DNA of 64,000 bases from Sphyrna mokarran. Taxonomy: Eukaryota. Position 1 is the stretch's first letter. Every line of letters starts with the position of its first letter. Position numbers and translations under genes: made by a program. Below are positions 33,411-47,665 of the stretch, one piece after another. The notes under the pieces are model-generated. The model searched no databases and was not told the origin of the DNA. It saw only the letters and a program-made list of their open reading frames with translations. The stretch covers positions 37,820,001 to 37,884,000 of the forward strand of contig JAGIQG010000007.1 of NCBI GenBank assembly GCA_024679065.1. Direction: 5' to 3'.

Positions 33411-36400
33411 ATGAAGGAAAGATGAAACGTAACTAAATGAAATATTAGCACACAATGCATACTGTTGTTTGATACAAAGATTATTTCATGAAAATTCTAA
33501 TTGTTAATCAGGATAATGGATGTAATTATTGTTGGACTCTCCAGTAATATGTGTTTGATGTTCACACACAAAGCCATTTCCCTTAGCAAAGTGTTACAAA
33601 GAACAAAGAGCAACACAGCACGGGAAACAGGCCCTTCGGCCCAACGAGCCTGTGCCGCCGTCCTAACGTCTTAATGACATATCCATGACTTTAGGCTATG
33701 CCTATTGTGGAAGATTCCCATATAGGGACCAATATAGGGATAATTTGTTACATAAGCTAAAATCTGTACAGAGTTTAGGTTAGCAAGCTATGGTTCAACA
33801 ATGACTTCCTAATTGTGGTGACTCACTCACTCAGTGAAGAACAAGTAACAAGAGTCATAATTTCAAAGTTGTCACATAGAGGCAAGAGGGATTAAGACAA
33901 GTTGCAGATTCTTGGAACGTTTGCAGCAGACGCTTTGTAAGGTAGAGTTGGATAAGTATTTGAATCAGAGGAAGATATGGAATTATGGGGAAGGAGCAGG
34001 GGAGCGGGATTAGTTTTGGATTGCACTTTTTACTACTTGTTTTGTATGATGGAAAAAGCTTAAAATGTGATGTTGAGTTTGGCAATCTATGTTCCCTGAG
34101 GTGCCAAGTGAATTGCTCAAACAATTGACAGAAGTTCGAAAAGCTGATGGTATCTGATGAATTCAGTGTATTATTTAGTGTTGACCTCTGGTGAATGAAT
34201 ACCTGGGCATTTACGTTCATCCATCTCTTTTGAAAAATAACCAGTCCAGGTTAAAGCAACTTAAATAACAGTTTGAATATTATAAAGATCTTTGGGACAT
34301 TCCAAGGTTTTACAAACATCTAATAACAAAAAAATTGGATTCAATTCGAAAGATAATTTGGCTACAAACAGTTGATAGGCTTTTTAAGCAATTTTTCTTG
34401 GGCATGGTAAGTATTTAGATTTTGGATGAATCAATCACATTTGCCACTTAGCTGATCTTTTAAGATAAAATGTTGTATCTGGGAGGTGCAAATTCCCGTT
34501 CACTATTGTGTTCTGATCACCTGCCAGAACCAAAGCTGAGAAATACTCTGATTATGTCATGTGGCATCTTTCATGTTATAATCCTGCCTTAACATAGGCT
34601 ATGTTTAATGGATTTCTTGTGGCTGAGGTGTTTGTGACTAAGTATTTGCCATTTTGAGTATTTCCTTTCATGGCATTAGAAGAGATTTGAATTGTGTACC
34701 TCACTGTTTTTCAGATGCTCAAGGGATGACTTTAATTGGCTCAATAGCATTTTCTCAACTTTGAGTCTTTCTTATGTATTTAGTTTAAAATCCATTACAA
34801 AAGGATTGCTCGTGAAATGGTCATGAAGGATAAAATCTAATTTAATCACTAAAAGCATTTGAAAATGTAGTGGTTGAGGATAAAACAATGCATGAAGGTG
34901 GTCTTAAAGCAATATGTAATATATTTTTATTTTTTTGGTACCTATTAACTTATTTGTCTTAGATCCTGCGCTTGAATAAAAGAAGTGGGTTTACTAAAAT
35001 GATATGTAATAGTGGGTTTTAAATTGTGGGACCCCGTGAAAATATCATCCATCTTGGAGATGCCCTTTTATTTATACAATGTCACAATACAGAATGAGCG
35101 TATGTATCTGTCCCAGCTTTTTAAAGAACTATCTGATTAACCTAGAGAACAGGGTAGATTAGACTATTGAATATTTTTAAGGCCAAGTTAGATAGAGTCC
35201 TGATTAATAAGTGTATCAGGGTTAGACAGGAAAATGAAGTTGAGACGACAATCTGGTCATGATCTTATGAAATGGCGGAGCAGGTTCAAACTGAATGGCT
35301 TACAGCTGCTCCCAATTCGTATGTTTGTCTGTCCCACTTCTTGGCTTTTTCCCTGGAGCCATGCAAATTCTTTCCTCGAGTACATATTCATTGCCCTTTT
35401 TAGTGTTAAACCAAATTGTATCACCCTTATAATCAGGAATGAATTGACTCTAACGATTTGCTGCAATTTTTAAAAATTCTCCTCACTCCTATGCTCTGGT
35501 CACACATTTCCACACAATGTTTTCCCTTAGAAATAAATGCTTTTCAGGGTCTGGTGTTCAAAAATGAGATTGAACTTCCTAAAACTTCACATTAATAGCA
35601 TCACTAAGTTACTGAGTGCTTTAAAGTTGCAAATATAGAGTACAATTATCTGGGTATGGCACTTGATGTGCGACACATTCAGCACGGGGTCAGGTGGGAG
35701 AAACCCGATGTCCTTGTTTGAAAGCCTATGATGCATGGGGAGGAGATTTCCTCACCAACACTTCAGCCTCCTTGGTGAGTTTGATCCTCAGCTTATTTTG
35801 TCTCTGTTTTTCTATGAAGTTTAGTGACAACAGATGTTTTTCTCCCTCTGCCGTCATTCACTACAGTTCGTGCCATCCTCAATGTTCTGAATATTAAGTG
35901 GCTCTGTTTACTGTTCGAATAACAAATAAGCAAATGGGTCACTGAATGCCAGCTTACAGATCTCTTTCAGTTTTCTGCTGTGTATATATAACTTTGGAAT
36001 TTTCTGAAGATGCATGTATATTTTGAATAATACATTTTGATGTAAAAGTAACTGAAAATATTTTTATTTAAAATCATTACATTCAAAACTAAATTCTGAA
36101 GTATAGGGGAGCAGTAATATTGAGTTGCTGAAACAAACATGTTTTCAAGGCGGGTGTGGTGGAAAGAAATGCCTTCAGTAACTTATATAATATTGTATAT
36201 TTTGGTAATATCAATCCCCAAATAGTCATGTCTATATTTATGCTGACATTTTAGGAAAAATATCCCGGCAATTAGACTGAACTAAATACTGTTGCTTAAT
36301 TATAAAAGAGAACGAGAAGAACTTTGCATTTAAATTTAAGTTATTTATTAGTCACAAACATAGGAGTGAGAAGAATTTTTAAAAAATTGCAGCAAATTGT

Positions 36401-36514
36401 TTGTCGGTTCATCCCTGATTGTAAGAGTGATGCAGTTGGGCTCAACACTAAAAAGGCAATGGATATGTACGTGAGGAGAGAATTTGCATGGCTCTAGAGA
36501 TGTCATGGCTTATA

Positions 36515-36839
36515 GATCAGAGGTTTAGATAGGGTGGACAGTGATAGCCTTTTACCTCGGAGGGAGAAAGCTAGCAAGAGGGGACATAACTTTAAATTAA
36601 GGGATGGTAGTTATAGGACGGATGTCAGAGGTAGGTTCTTTACACAGAGGATGGTAAGGGAATGGAATGCGCTGCCTGCTGCAATTGTAGATGCGCCAAG
36701 TTTGGGGGCGTTTAAGAGGTCAGTGGATAGGTTTATGGATGAAAAGGGAATGGTTTAGGTTAGAGGGTCATTGCTTTTTCATAATTGGTCGGCGCAACAT
36801 CGAGGGCCGAAGGGCCTGTTCTGCACTGTAATGTTCTAT
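36515..36839 (+). mobile_element. Short young CR1 3' end
   Basis: ORF 36534-36758 and the 3' UTR closely match the 20950 family. Confidence 0.9.
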
Positions 36840-38040
36840 TAGTAAAAGCAGCATGACATTGTGCAAGGGAGACCATGAATCACAAACTTGATTGAGTTTT
36901 TTGAGGAAGTGACGATGATTGAGGGCATGGCCGTGGATACTGTTTATGTGGACATTTGTAACGCCTTTGACAAGATCCCGCATGGCAGACTAATACAGAA
37001 GATGAAATCACATGGAATCCATAATGATCTGATATTTTGGATATAGAACTGGCTTGGTCATAGAAGGCAGCATAGCAATGGAAAGGTGTTTTTTCTGACT
37101 GAAGATCTGTGATCAGAGGTGTTCCACAGAGATTAGTGCTGTTGTTGGTTATATTGTTACGGAGGAAAACTTAAGTGATCAGGTTAGTAAGTTTGTGTAT
37201 GACACAAAGATTGGGGAAGCTGCGGAAGGTGAGGATGATTGCCAGGATATAGATAGGGTTGGAGAGATATATCAGAAATTAATCTGTGAGGTGATGCATG
37301 TTGGAAGATCTAATATAGGAGAGGGGTATACTGTAAATGGCAGAACCATTAGAAGCCTAACATACAAAGGGATCTTGGTTTACAGGTCCACAGTTCCTTG
37401 AAAGTGGCAACACAAGTGGTCAAGAAAGCATATAGCATGATTGCCTACACTGTTCTTTGCATATATTAAAAATTGACAAGTCATATGGCAGCTGTACAGA
37501 ATTTTAATTGGGTCACATTTGGAATATTGAGTACAGTTCTGGCTGCCAAATTACCAAAAAGATATGGGAGCTTTGGTAAGGGTACACAAAAGGTTTATGA
37601 GGATGTTGCCTTATTTGGAGGGTATTAGCTACAGAGAGTGATTGGACAAACTTGGTTTGTTTTTACTTGAACATCAGATATTGAAGGGTGATCTGATAGA
37701 AGTTTACAAAATTAAGAGGCATGAAAGAATGGATGGAGTTTTTTCCCAAGTAGAAATGTCAATTATTAGGGGCATAGGTTTAAGGTAAAAGGGAAGAGTT
37801 TAAAGAGATGTGAGAGGCAAGGTTTTTACACAGTAAGTACCTGAAATGCACTGCCAGAGGAGGTGGTGGAAGCAGATACAGTGGCAATCTTTAAGAGGCA
37901 TTTTGTCAGATACATGAATAGGCAGGGAATAGAGGAATACAAATTGCACAGAGGTAAAAAGTCTTTTAGAAAGGCATCGTTTGTCAGCATAGGCTTGGTG
38001 AGCCAAAGGACCTGTTCCTGTGTTGTACTGCTCTTTATTC
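36840..38040 (+). mobile_element. Decayed CR1 LINE
   Basis: RT and C-terminal remnants with a 3' tail. Confidence 0.85.
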
Positions 38041-39308
38041 TTTTGTTAAACAAAATAGATTCAAAAATTTGTTCTCAATAACATTCAATGTCAGTTTAAT
38101 TGCCTTTTTTGCTTTTGAATTAAAGTTTTCACTTGAAGGCCTTTCATATGCTTGGATTTGATATTTTGTTCAGAACTGTGACTTTGAGAGCTGAATTTGA
38201 GTTGTATGGTCTGAGGTATGTTTGAGTGCTGTGGATCTCTGCTCGAGTTCTCTAGCTCTGCTGTACAAACATAAATAGCACTCTGGTGTTTCTTTAAACA
38301 GTATCCTGATTTTACTATGTTTATATTCATTGGCACAACATTCCTTATTTAAGTTAATCATATTTATAGCAATCATCAGTAAATTAATGCTTCACTGGAT
38401 TGCAGAAATCCCTAAATGATAGCATCACAATGTTTAAATGGAAGAATGTCTGTGATGCTGCAAGATCCCATTACACATCCACTCCTTCTGAAAAGCATTT
38501 TGTTAAAGGAATTTCATTCATATCACTAAACATGTCTGTTAAGAAGGAGGAAGGAGTTATGTAGCTAAGGAGGTATGACAGTGTAATGGCTATGTTTAGA
38601 CCAATCATGCACAGGTCTGCAGTACATTTTAGAGAATGTAAGTTAAAATTTCACCTCAGCAGAATCATAGAATTGTGCAGTGGTGTCCATTTGGTCTGTT
38701 GTGCCTTGGTCAGTTTTTTGAAAGAATTATCCAATTTAGCCCCACAATTTTTTTTCCCTGAAATTCTGCATGCTAATTCTCTTCTGACTTGTATCTAACG
38801 ATCCTTTGAAATTTGCTGTGTAATTGGCATCCATTGTCCTTTTACATGGTAATACTGCTGATTTTTTAACATCACTGAACGAAAAGATTTCTCTTCATTT
38901 CTCTAGTTATTTTGTCATTTATTTTAAATCTGATTTCTGGTTAATAATCCACCCTGCTTTTGTCCATCTAATTAAACTCACTGATATAATCCTGGTGAAG
39001 ACACTCTTTCTAAAGTGTGGTACTAGAATTGAACAGCATACTCCAGCTGAGATGTAACCAGTGATCCATGAAGGCTTTATCATGCTTTCCTTAATTTTGT
39101 ATTCATGTACTAGTTATGAAGTCAAGTAGCCCCTATGCTATATTTATCACCATCTCTGCCAGACCTTCCACCACCTATTAAAGACCTGTAAATATGCATC
39201 TTCAGTTATTTCTTTTCTCATAATTCTCCTCTTAAAGTAGTACATTTAGCTGCGTTGATTCGTCATGTTATTTCATTCAAAATGTACAGCTTCGCAGTTA
39301 TCCACACT

Positions 39309-40960
39309 ATAGAACATATAGAACATTACAGCGCAGTACAGGCCTTTCGGCCCTCGACGTTGCACCGGCCAGTGGACCCTCTAACCTAAACTATTCCAAT
39401 ATCATCCATATGCCTATCCACCAAACATTTGAATGCCCCCAAAGTAGGCGAGTCCACAACTGCTGCAGGCAGGGCATTCCACGCCCTCACCACCCTCTGT
39501 GTAAAGAACCTGCCTCTGACATCCGTCCTATAACTACCACCTCTTAATTTAAAGTTATGTCCCCTCGTGTTGGTCATCACCATCCGAGGAAAAAGGCTCT
39601 CACTATCCACCCTATCCAATCCCTTGATCATCTTATACGCCTCAATTAGGTCACTGCGTAACCTTCTTCTCTCTAATGAAAATAACCTCAGGTCCCTCAG
39701 CCTTTCCTCATAAGGCCTTCCCACCATACCAGGCAACATCCTGGTAAACCTCCTCTGCACCCTTTCCAATGCTTCCACATCTTTCTTATAATGCGGCGAC
39801 CAGAACTGTACGCAATACTCCAAGTGAGGCCGCACCAGAGTTTTGTACAGTTGTAACATAACCTCACGGCTCCTAAATTCAATCCCTCTACCAATAAAAG
39901 CTAACACACCGTACGCCTTCTTAACAACTTTATCAACCTGGGTGCCAACTTTCAAAGAGCTATGTACTTGTACCCCAAGATCCCTCTGCTCGACAACACT
40001 ATTAAGGGTCCTTCCATTAGCCCTATATTTCATATGCCTGTTATTCCTACCAAAGTGAATCACCTCACACTTATCCGTATTGAATTCCATTTGCCACCTC
40101 ACGGCCCAGCTCTGCAACCTATGTCCCTCTGCAAACTGTAATATCCATCCTCGCTGTCTACAACTCTCCCCACTTTGGTATCGTCAGCAAATTTACTAAT
40201 CCAACCCTCTACACCCTCATCTAGGTCATTTATAAAAATGACAAACAGCAGTGGCCCTAAAACAGATCCTTGAGGTACACCACTTGTAACTGCACTCCAG
40301 GTTGAATATTTCCCATCAACCACCACCCTCTGTCTTCTATCAGCTAGCCAATTCCTAATCCAAACTGCTAAATCACCTTCAATCCCATGCATCTGCACTT
40401 TCTGCAGTAGCCTACCATGGGGAACCTTATCAAACGCTTTGCTAAAATCCATATACACTACATCAACTGCCTTACCCTTATCTACCTCTTTGGTCACCTC
40501 CTCAAAAAACTCAAAGGTTTGTGAGGCACGACTTATCCTTCACAAAACCGTGCTGACTATCCCTAATCAATTTATTTCTCTAGATGCTTATAAATCCTAT
40601 GCCTTATAATTCTTTCCAAGACCTTGCCCACAACAGAAGTCAGGCTCACTGGTCTATAATTTCCAGGATGGTCCCTACTCCCCTTTTTGAACGAAGGGAC
40701 AACATTTGCCATCCTCCAGTCTTCTGGCACTATACCTGTAGTTAACGACAACGTGAAGATCAAAGCGAAAGGCTCTGCAATCTCCTCTCTAGCCTCCCAG
40801 AGAATCCTGGGGTAAATCCCATCTGGCCCAGGGGACTTATCAATTTTCATACCCTCAAGATTCGCTAACACCTCCTCCTTATGAACCTCAATCCTGCCCA
40901 GTCTACAACCTAGTATCGCAGTATTCTCCCCGACAACATTGTCTTTCTCCTGCGTGAATA
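39309..40960 (-). mobile_element. Fairly young 5'-truncated CR1 LINE with a few small frameshifts
   Basis: Three consecutive ORF2 frames ([37 protein letters not shown]) and a 3' tail. Confidence 0.95.
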
Positions 40961-43900
40961 TATTGCATCTACATTGCATCTCCCATGTGTCTGCCTGTTT
41001 CCCCAGTCTGTCTATATTCTCCTGAAGCATGATGCTACTATTCTGTTCATTATTTATTTAGTTGCCAAGTTTCAGAACTTAAAAATAAAAACAGAAATTA
41101 CTGGATATTCAGCAGGTCTGTAAACATCTGTGGAGAGAGAAACTTGAGTTAATGTTTCAGGTCTTGGCCCTTCATAAGAACTAGGAATAGTAACAAAAAA
41201 TGTAATTGGCTTTGAGCAAGTAAAGAGTGAGAAGAAGAACGAAAGGGAAAGTCTGTGATAAATGAGAAGGCAGGAGAAATTAGATATAGAAGGTTTCATG
41301 GTGCAGGAGAGTGATTATGGGATGATTAAAGAAGCAAATGTGTGTCTAGAGGTGTGAGTGGCTAGACCCTGAATAGCCATTGCCTGAATGCAAAGAACAG
41401 GAAGTAAAAGAGAAAGGAGTGAAAAGACAGACAAGAAGATGGGATGGGATTGAGGGGGATGGTTTGGAGTTGGAGGGAGGGATGGGGGTGTGGGTGTGGT
41501 TGGGGGGAGAAACACGTGAGTGTAGAGGATATGATTCAAAATTATTGAACCCAATTTTAAGTCCATAAAGTTGTAACGTGCTCAGTTAAAAGATGAGGCG
41601 CTGATCTGCAAATTTGCATCGAGAGTCGTAGCTTATCAAGGACAAAAAGATCTGATGAAAGCAAAATACTGTAGATGCTGGAATCTGAAACAAAAACAAA
41701 AAATGCAGGAAAATCTCAGCAGTTCTGAGGGCAAGTCTGACAGGAAAAAGCTGAGTGAAAGCGAAGCAAAGCCAATGATGGGAGATTGGAAACTCAGGGT
41801 GACTGAAAGAGTAATTTATGGCATAGAAGGAAGCCATTCGGCCATCATTGCATCTCTGATGGCTTTCTGTGGATAAATCCAGTCCTATAGGAAATAGGCA
41901 CAGGAGCAATCACTTGGGATCACCTTGTCTGCATTTGGTCATCTTCAATGGAAGGGAAATATTCCCTTTTATTTTTCTTCACACCCTCACCACTTCCACG
42001 TGCACCTAAAACGTTAACTCTGTTCCTACCAAATTTTCTGAATATTTCCAGCCCTTTTTCAGGGTTCCATTATTCGTAGGTTTAAAACTGTACATCCTAT
42101 TCCAGCTCATTTCTATATATTAATAAAAAAAAACTCCTGATGCTTGCGTACTGCATGCTTCAATCCATTCAGATAAGTATCCGTTCACTATTACTCTCTA
42201 TCTCCTATCCTTTAACTATTTACATATTCAGGTTACTATCATCCCTTTGACCCCATGCATTTCTGTTTTCAGGATAATTCTGTTAAATAGTATTTATCAA
42301 ATATTTCTTGAAGCTTCATATATATATCTACTGGACTACCTTCATTAAAGCTGTCTCTTATCTCATTAAAGAACTCAGTCAGGTTTGATCACTTGTTTTT
42401 AAAAAATCTGTATTAACTGTCTTAAAAATTTGCAAACCAGATTTTATTTTGTTCATGACAATAGTCCCATGCTGAAGTTAGGCTGACCAGTATTTCTCTC
42501 CCACCTTTTTTGAAAAGTGTAATAACATTTGAAATGCTCTTGTCTTTTGACACTATCCCCAACAACAAATATTGAAAATTGAGGTTAAAGCTTTTGTTAC
42601 CTCCACTTTTACTTTCTCCAGCAACCTAGAGTACATCCCATTATAATGGATGGCTTGTTAACTTTTGAGTGATGCCAACCTATTCGTTGTTGTTTCTGAT
42701 CCGGCACTTTCATTAATTCCCGTAGCGAGGTTTATCCAAGTCTGATGCCAGAGGATTATAGCTTCTGGGGGCATCAAGCATGGTTGGCTAGGAAGCTCTC
42801 TACTCTTACCACCCGCTATTGGTATGTATTAGAAGGATTTTGCAAGTTGATACTCAGCCTATTTGACTGGTTTATGAATGCACTTTCCTTGGCCATTGAC
42901 TTAAACCTGGAGTTTCTGGCTCAGATAGGGAGGTTACTCACTGCACCACAAGATCTCCTTGCCAACCATTTTGATAGTTATCCACTTCTATCTTATCCAG
43001 CATCTCTACTTTTTCTCTTCTATCTTGCACACGAAAGTACACTTTACAGTAGGAATTAGATGATGATTGTATGTACAAATTCAGGCTTGTTTTATCCCTC
43101 AGTAGCTCAGTGGTGCTGAAACCAAATAGTAGGCCCCAATTGTTGCCGTAAACTAATTCAAGAACTCCACGATTAGAAAGGGTCATGTGGCTCATGAATG
43201 CTCAGTTTGGGTCACTCTGCTCATAATTCAATGTTTTCTTTTCAGGGCCCTTACATTTTAATAGACATGTACTAAGTGCTATCTGTTTATTTTGCTGTCA
43301 TGTTTGTGTATGCGCAAATTTGAAAATGCAATAGGTAACATGTCTTATAAATTGACAAAATCACCAGTGGTCAACTGTAACATTCTAGAACTACCCTTTC
43401 ATTAGATCCACTCAGGGTCCTTGACTGGCTTGGGGTGCCTTTAGCTAAATGGATTGCACAGTTCCAGGTCAGTCCCTGCACCCAAGCAACATTTCATGAA
43501 ATCTCCTTTCCAGTTTGTCCCTTGTGGAAAATTGTTTTTTTTTTGTAACCTTTTAGGACCACATATTTGATAAATCATTCAGTACTGTCCCAAATAATAA
43601 ATTAAATCAGCATTTTACCCTTCTGCAGATGTTCAGCTGCCTGGACTTGTCTTTCTCCCAGACTTGTAGCAATGTATAATGTGATCTGTCAGCCAATTGA
43701 GGTGGAAACCAACTGCATCAAACTAGACCTCAGGCTCAATCTTCATCTGCCAGTAACAGTTTCAAGGACAGCAGGTCAGGCTTGATCATATGTTGACACT
43801 TCCTCCTAGATTTCATTCTTTGTAAAATGCTGGGCACTAAGCTGACATCATTCTGTCAGAAATGCTTCAGCCAGTTTTCCTTTATCAGCCTTCTCTGTGT

Positions 43901-44149
43901 GGCACCCATCAGATGGCATCAACTCTCCATATTATAGTTGAGAGCATTTTACAGGTAAAATATAATGTATGCTGTTTCATGAAGACTTTTGACACTTTTT
44001 TTTAATTCATCTTGTTCCTTCATTTGTCATCCACTAGTTCCAAATTTATCTCCTGAAGCTAATTGTTGCTGAAGTAGAGTACCTCTATAACTAAACCAAT
44101 ATCTCCTCATGTATGAACCTATGTGGTGAGTTTTAAAGATTCATTTGAA

Positions 44150-44680
44150 GGGGAGCAGTGCATCATTGTGTACTATTCTGGTTGTCACACTACTGGAAGG
44201 ATGTTAATGCATTGGAAAGGATGTAGAAGAGATTTACCATGATGTTGCATGTTTTGGAGGTTATGGACTATGAAGAAAGATTGAACAAACTTGGATTGTT
44301 TTCATTGGAATGTTGGACGCTGAGGGGGAACTGATAGAGGTTTATAAGATCGTGACAGATTTGGATAGAGTGGATAGTCGAGATCTTTTTCTCAGGGTCG
44401 AAAAATCAGTTACACGGGCATAGGTTTAAAGTGATAGGAATAAAGTTTAAAAAGAGATATAAGAGGGCAGTTTTCTACACAGAAGGTGATGAGTGTGTGG
44501 AACATGCTGCCAGGGAAGGTGGTGGAAGGCTTTTCTATAGCAGTGTTGAAGAGGCATCTGGATAGATACGAGTCGGTGGGAAATGGACCACATAAAGGCA
44601 AGAAAATATTAGATTAGAGAGACACGGACTTGGTGAGCTGAAGGGCCAGTTCCTGTGCTGTGCTGTTCTTAGTTCTTTGT
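44150..44680 (+). mobile_element. CR1 3' fragment
   Basis: YEERLNKLGLFSLE motif and 3' tail. Confidence 0.85.
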
Positions 44681-47174
44681 GTTTAACCTAATTCATTTAT
44701 TTCAGCATAGAATAGATATGGAGTATTTGCAAAACGGTGTGATAAATTGTGGGACAACCATATCACTACAGCACTGAGTTAAGGAGAAACAAATACATCC
44801 TCTGCTGCCAGCACAATCCCTTCAAACGGTTCAGTGGCTTTTGGAAAGCCAGTTGATTTGCCATCTCAAATGAACAAGTGTATTTTCGAGCAGTCTGTGA
44901 ATACGACACAGTATTGAGCTCTGAATTAGTATGCCATGTTGGAACAATATTTACACAATATTTTGCAGATAGTTATAGAACTGTATCAGCAAAAGATTGA
45001 TTTGCTTGAAAGGCCATTCTTTGTGTCAGCCTAGATGTTAAAAGTTATGTTGTTTTAATGGGAGAAGAGGGAAAGATTGTGAGTGGGGAAAATCACAGCC
45101 AAGCCTGATTGTAGCAGTTGGTGTCATTGGAGAGTTCTAATTTAATTTAAAAAAAATTCTTTACCTTAACTGAAGATCACTGAGTCTCATTGCAGCACTC
45201 CAACTATATGAAATTAGCTCGGTCAGAACAGACCGAAAACCTCATGCCACAGAACAATACAAAATTGGTACTCCTACCATTATTGAGGGAGTTTGTCACT
45301 GTTTTTCAGTTAATAATTTTCATCAAAATCTTTGCTACCTTACTTTTGTGAGGTTATAATAGGCCTCGTGTCTGAAGTTTCCTTCAGTTGCATTCATTGA
45401 AAATCGAGTGGTGTCCGAAACTCTGATGTAGCAAACTCATTAATCTAGCAGTGAAATAACCTCTTAATGTTTGGAATAGGTTAAACTGAAACTATTCAAT
45501 ATTATCTGTTTAAAGGACAGTTATTGTTGAGGGAAGTCAGAAATTAGTCTCAACATGAACTTGTGTTTAAGTAGTACCACCTCTTGCTGCAATGATTTGG
45601 CTCTCTTGCCTGAGCACATAGTTATGGCAAATATTGGCATCAGCTGTACTGTTGTCTCCTCTTGGGCTGAGAGAAGGAATTATCCAGGATGTCTTCTCCT
45701 TATTATTATTAATTGGCATTTGCGGAGAGGGTACCTTTTCCTCACCCTGATGTTCATTCTGTAGATTTTCTCTTTAAATAAAAAAAGATGATGGTGTTCA
45801 GTATGAATCAGTTCCTTATAGCCAAGAGAAAACAAGGATGGAGTCAAAAGTAAGTCTGTTTAGGAACTTCTAATTCAAAAAAAATGCATGATGGGAAGTT
45901 GGAAGAGCACCCATCAGGAATTTAATTTGTTTCTCTTACCATCTTGGGATCATGAACACTTTCCACAAGAAATTCTAAAGCACTTTTTGTAATCAACTTA
46001 ATTGCACTTGCTTTGTTTTTTTCCTTCGCTTCCTTTTGAAATTATGAATAAAATGGGGAGATTGTGAATAATAGCCTAAAGCCACACCAGTCTATAGATG
46101 TACTGTGTTAAAGCAATAGCTCACTGCTTTGCTCTAAAGCTAGGTTTAAGTTTGCAGTTGGATGGAGTGAAATTCATCATATTTCATCAAATTCAAGATA
46201 TTTGTCTTATTAGATTTAACTCATACAATGGTGATGTGCTGCTGTACAGGAGAGAAAGGGCATAATTACTGTACTGGAAGCAATCCCTGTCCTCTGCTGC
46301 CCACCCCCTACATTCCTCTCTCAAATGCCAAATTGCTTTCCTAGTTGTGCTGCTATTAGCAAAGTGAGTGCTGAGACCAGGGCATACCCTCCCAGCTAGG
46401 GAAAATTTGAAGGACCTTTACCAATGACATCTGTTGCAAGTGGCATGAAATTGGAAGAATGGCTTTTATAACAGAAGTGCATGACCTAGTTTAGATTTTA
46501 GGTTATGTCCATATAATTACTTAAAACTGGCTATTTTACTTAAGATTATTTCCATTTTCTGAATTTCTGAACTGTTTGTATGTGTATACTAAATATTCAG
46601 TTTATTTGCCCTTATCTGCATTTTGTCAGTTCTCTCCATTTAATGAATCAAGATTGGAGCTGGAGACATCAGAACAGTGCAGTGTAAAGGCATCATCTGA
46701 ACTAGTTTTCATGTCTAAACTGTATAGATCAGACTATCTGAAAGTTGATTCCTAGCCCTGTGATGAGTTATCTGAACTGAGTTAATAAGCTAGAGGTCAA
46801 GTTCCTAATGCTGTGATGCATCTGGGAGGGAGAAAATTACCAGGACACTTTGTTCCTGGAAGCAATCATGGTGCTTAGGTTAAGTACAAAATAGACCTTA
46901 GCTGGAAAACCTGAGCAGGCTTGGGAGGACCTAGAAGCTGGGAGAGAGAAACAGAGTTGACATTTTGAGTCCAAAGTGACTCTTCTCCAGAACTGAAGAG
47001 AGATAGGAAAACCTTCAGGTTGGGTACTTTATCTTCGGTCCATGGTCAAGGTCAAGCAAGTATGACTGTCAGTGAGGGCTATGGGAGCCAGAAAGTGACA
47101 ACGAAAGGGTCTCAGCCTTTGCACTTCTCAACAGGTTCAGTGTTCTTGCAGCTTGTGTGTATAATAATGGGGAC

Positions 47175-47665
47175 TTCATTGGGAAATTGTTAGAGTCCAT
47201 TATTAAGAAAGTAATAACAGAACATTCAGAAAGTCAAAATCCATCAGAGGCATGGTTTTATGAAGGGTAAATCACGTTTGACTAATTTGCTTGAGTTTTT
47301 CAAAAATGTAACAGGCAGTGTGGTAATGGGGATCCGGTAGATGTAGTATATCTGGACTTTAAGATGGCATTTGATAATGTGCCACGCAGAAGATTAATAC
47401 ACAAGGTTAGTACACCTGGCATTTGGGATAATTTAATAGTTTGGATCAAGGATTGGCTAACCAACGGAAAACAGAGCATCAGGATAAATGGATTTTTTTC
47501 TGATTGGCAGGATATAACTAGTGTTGTGCCACTGGGTTTGGTCATTAGGCCGCAACTGTTTACAATTTATATTAATAACTTGGATGCAGGGGTAGTAGGT
47601 ACCATAGTCAAATTTGCAGACAGCACAATCATAGATGGGATAGTAAGTTGTGAAATGAGAAATTT
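47175..47665 (+). mobile_element. CR1 RT fragment
   Basis: AFDNVP, FTIYINNLD and KFADST motifs. Confidence 0.85.

Noticed and set aside
43629-43670. Good-looking acceptor ttttacccttctgcag
   Set aside because: An in-frame stop follows within 14 codons in phase 1, and there is no donor.
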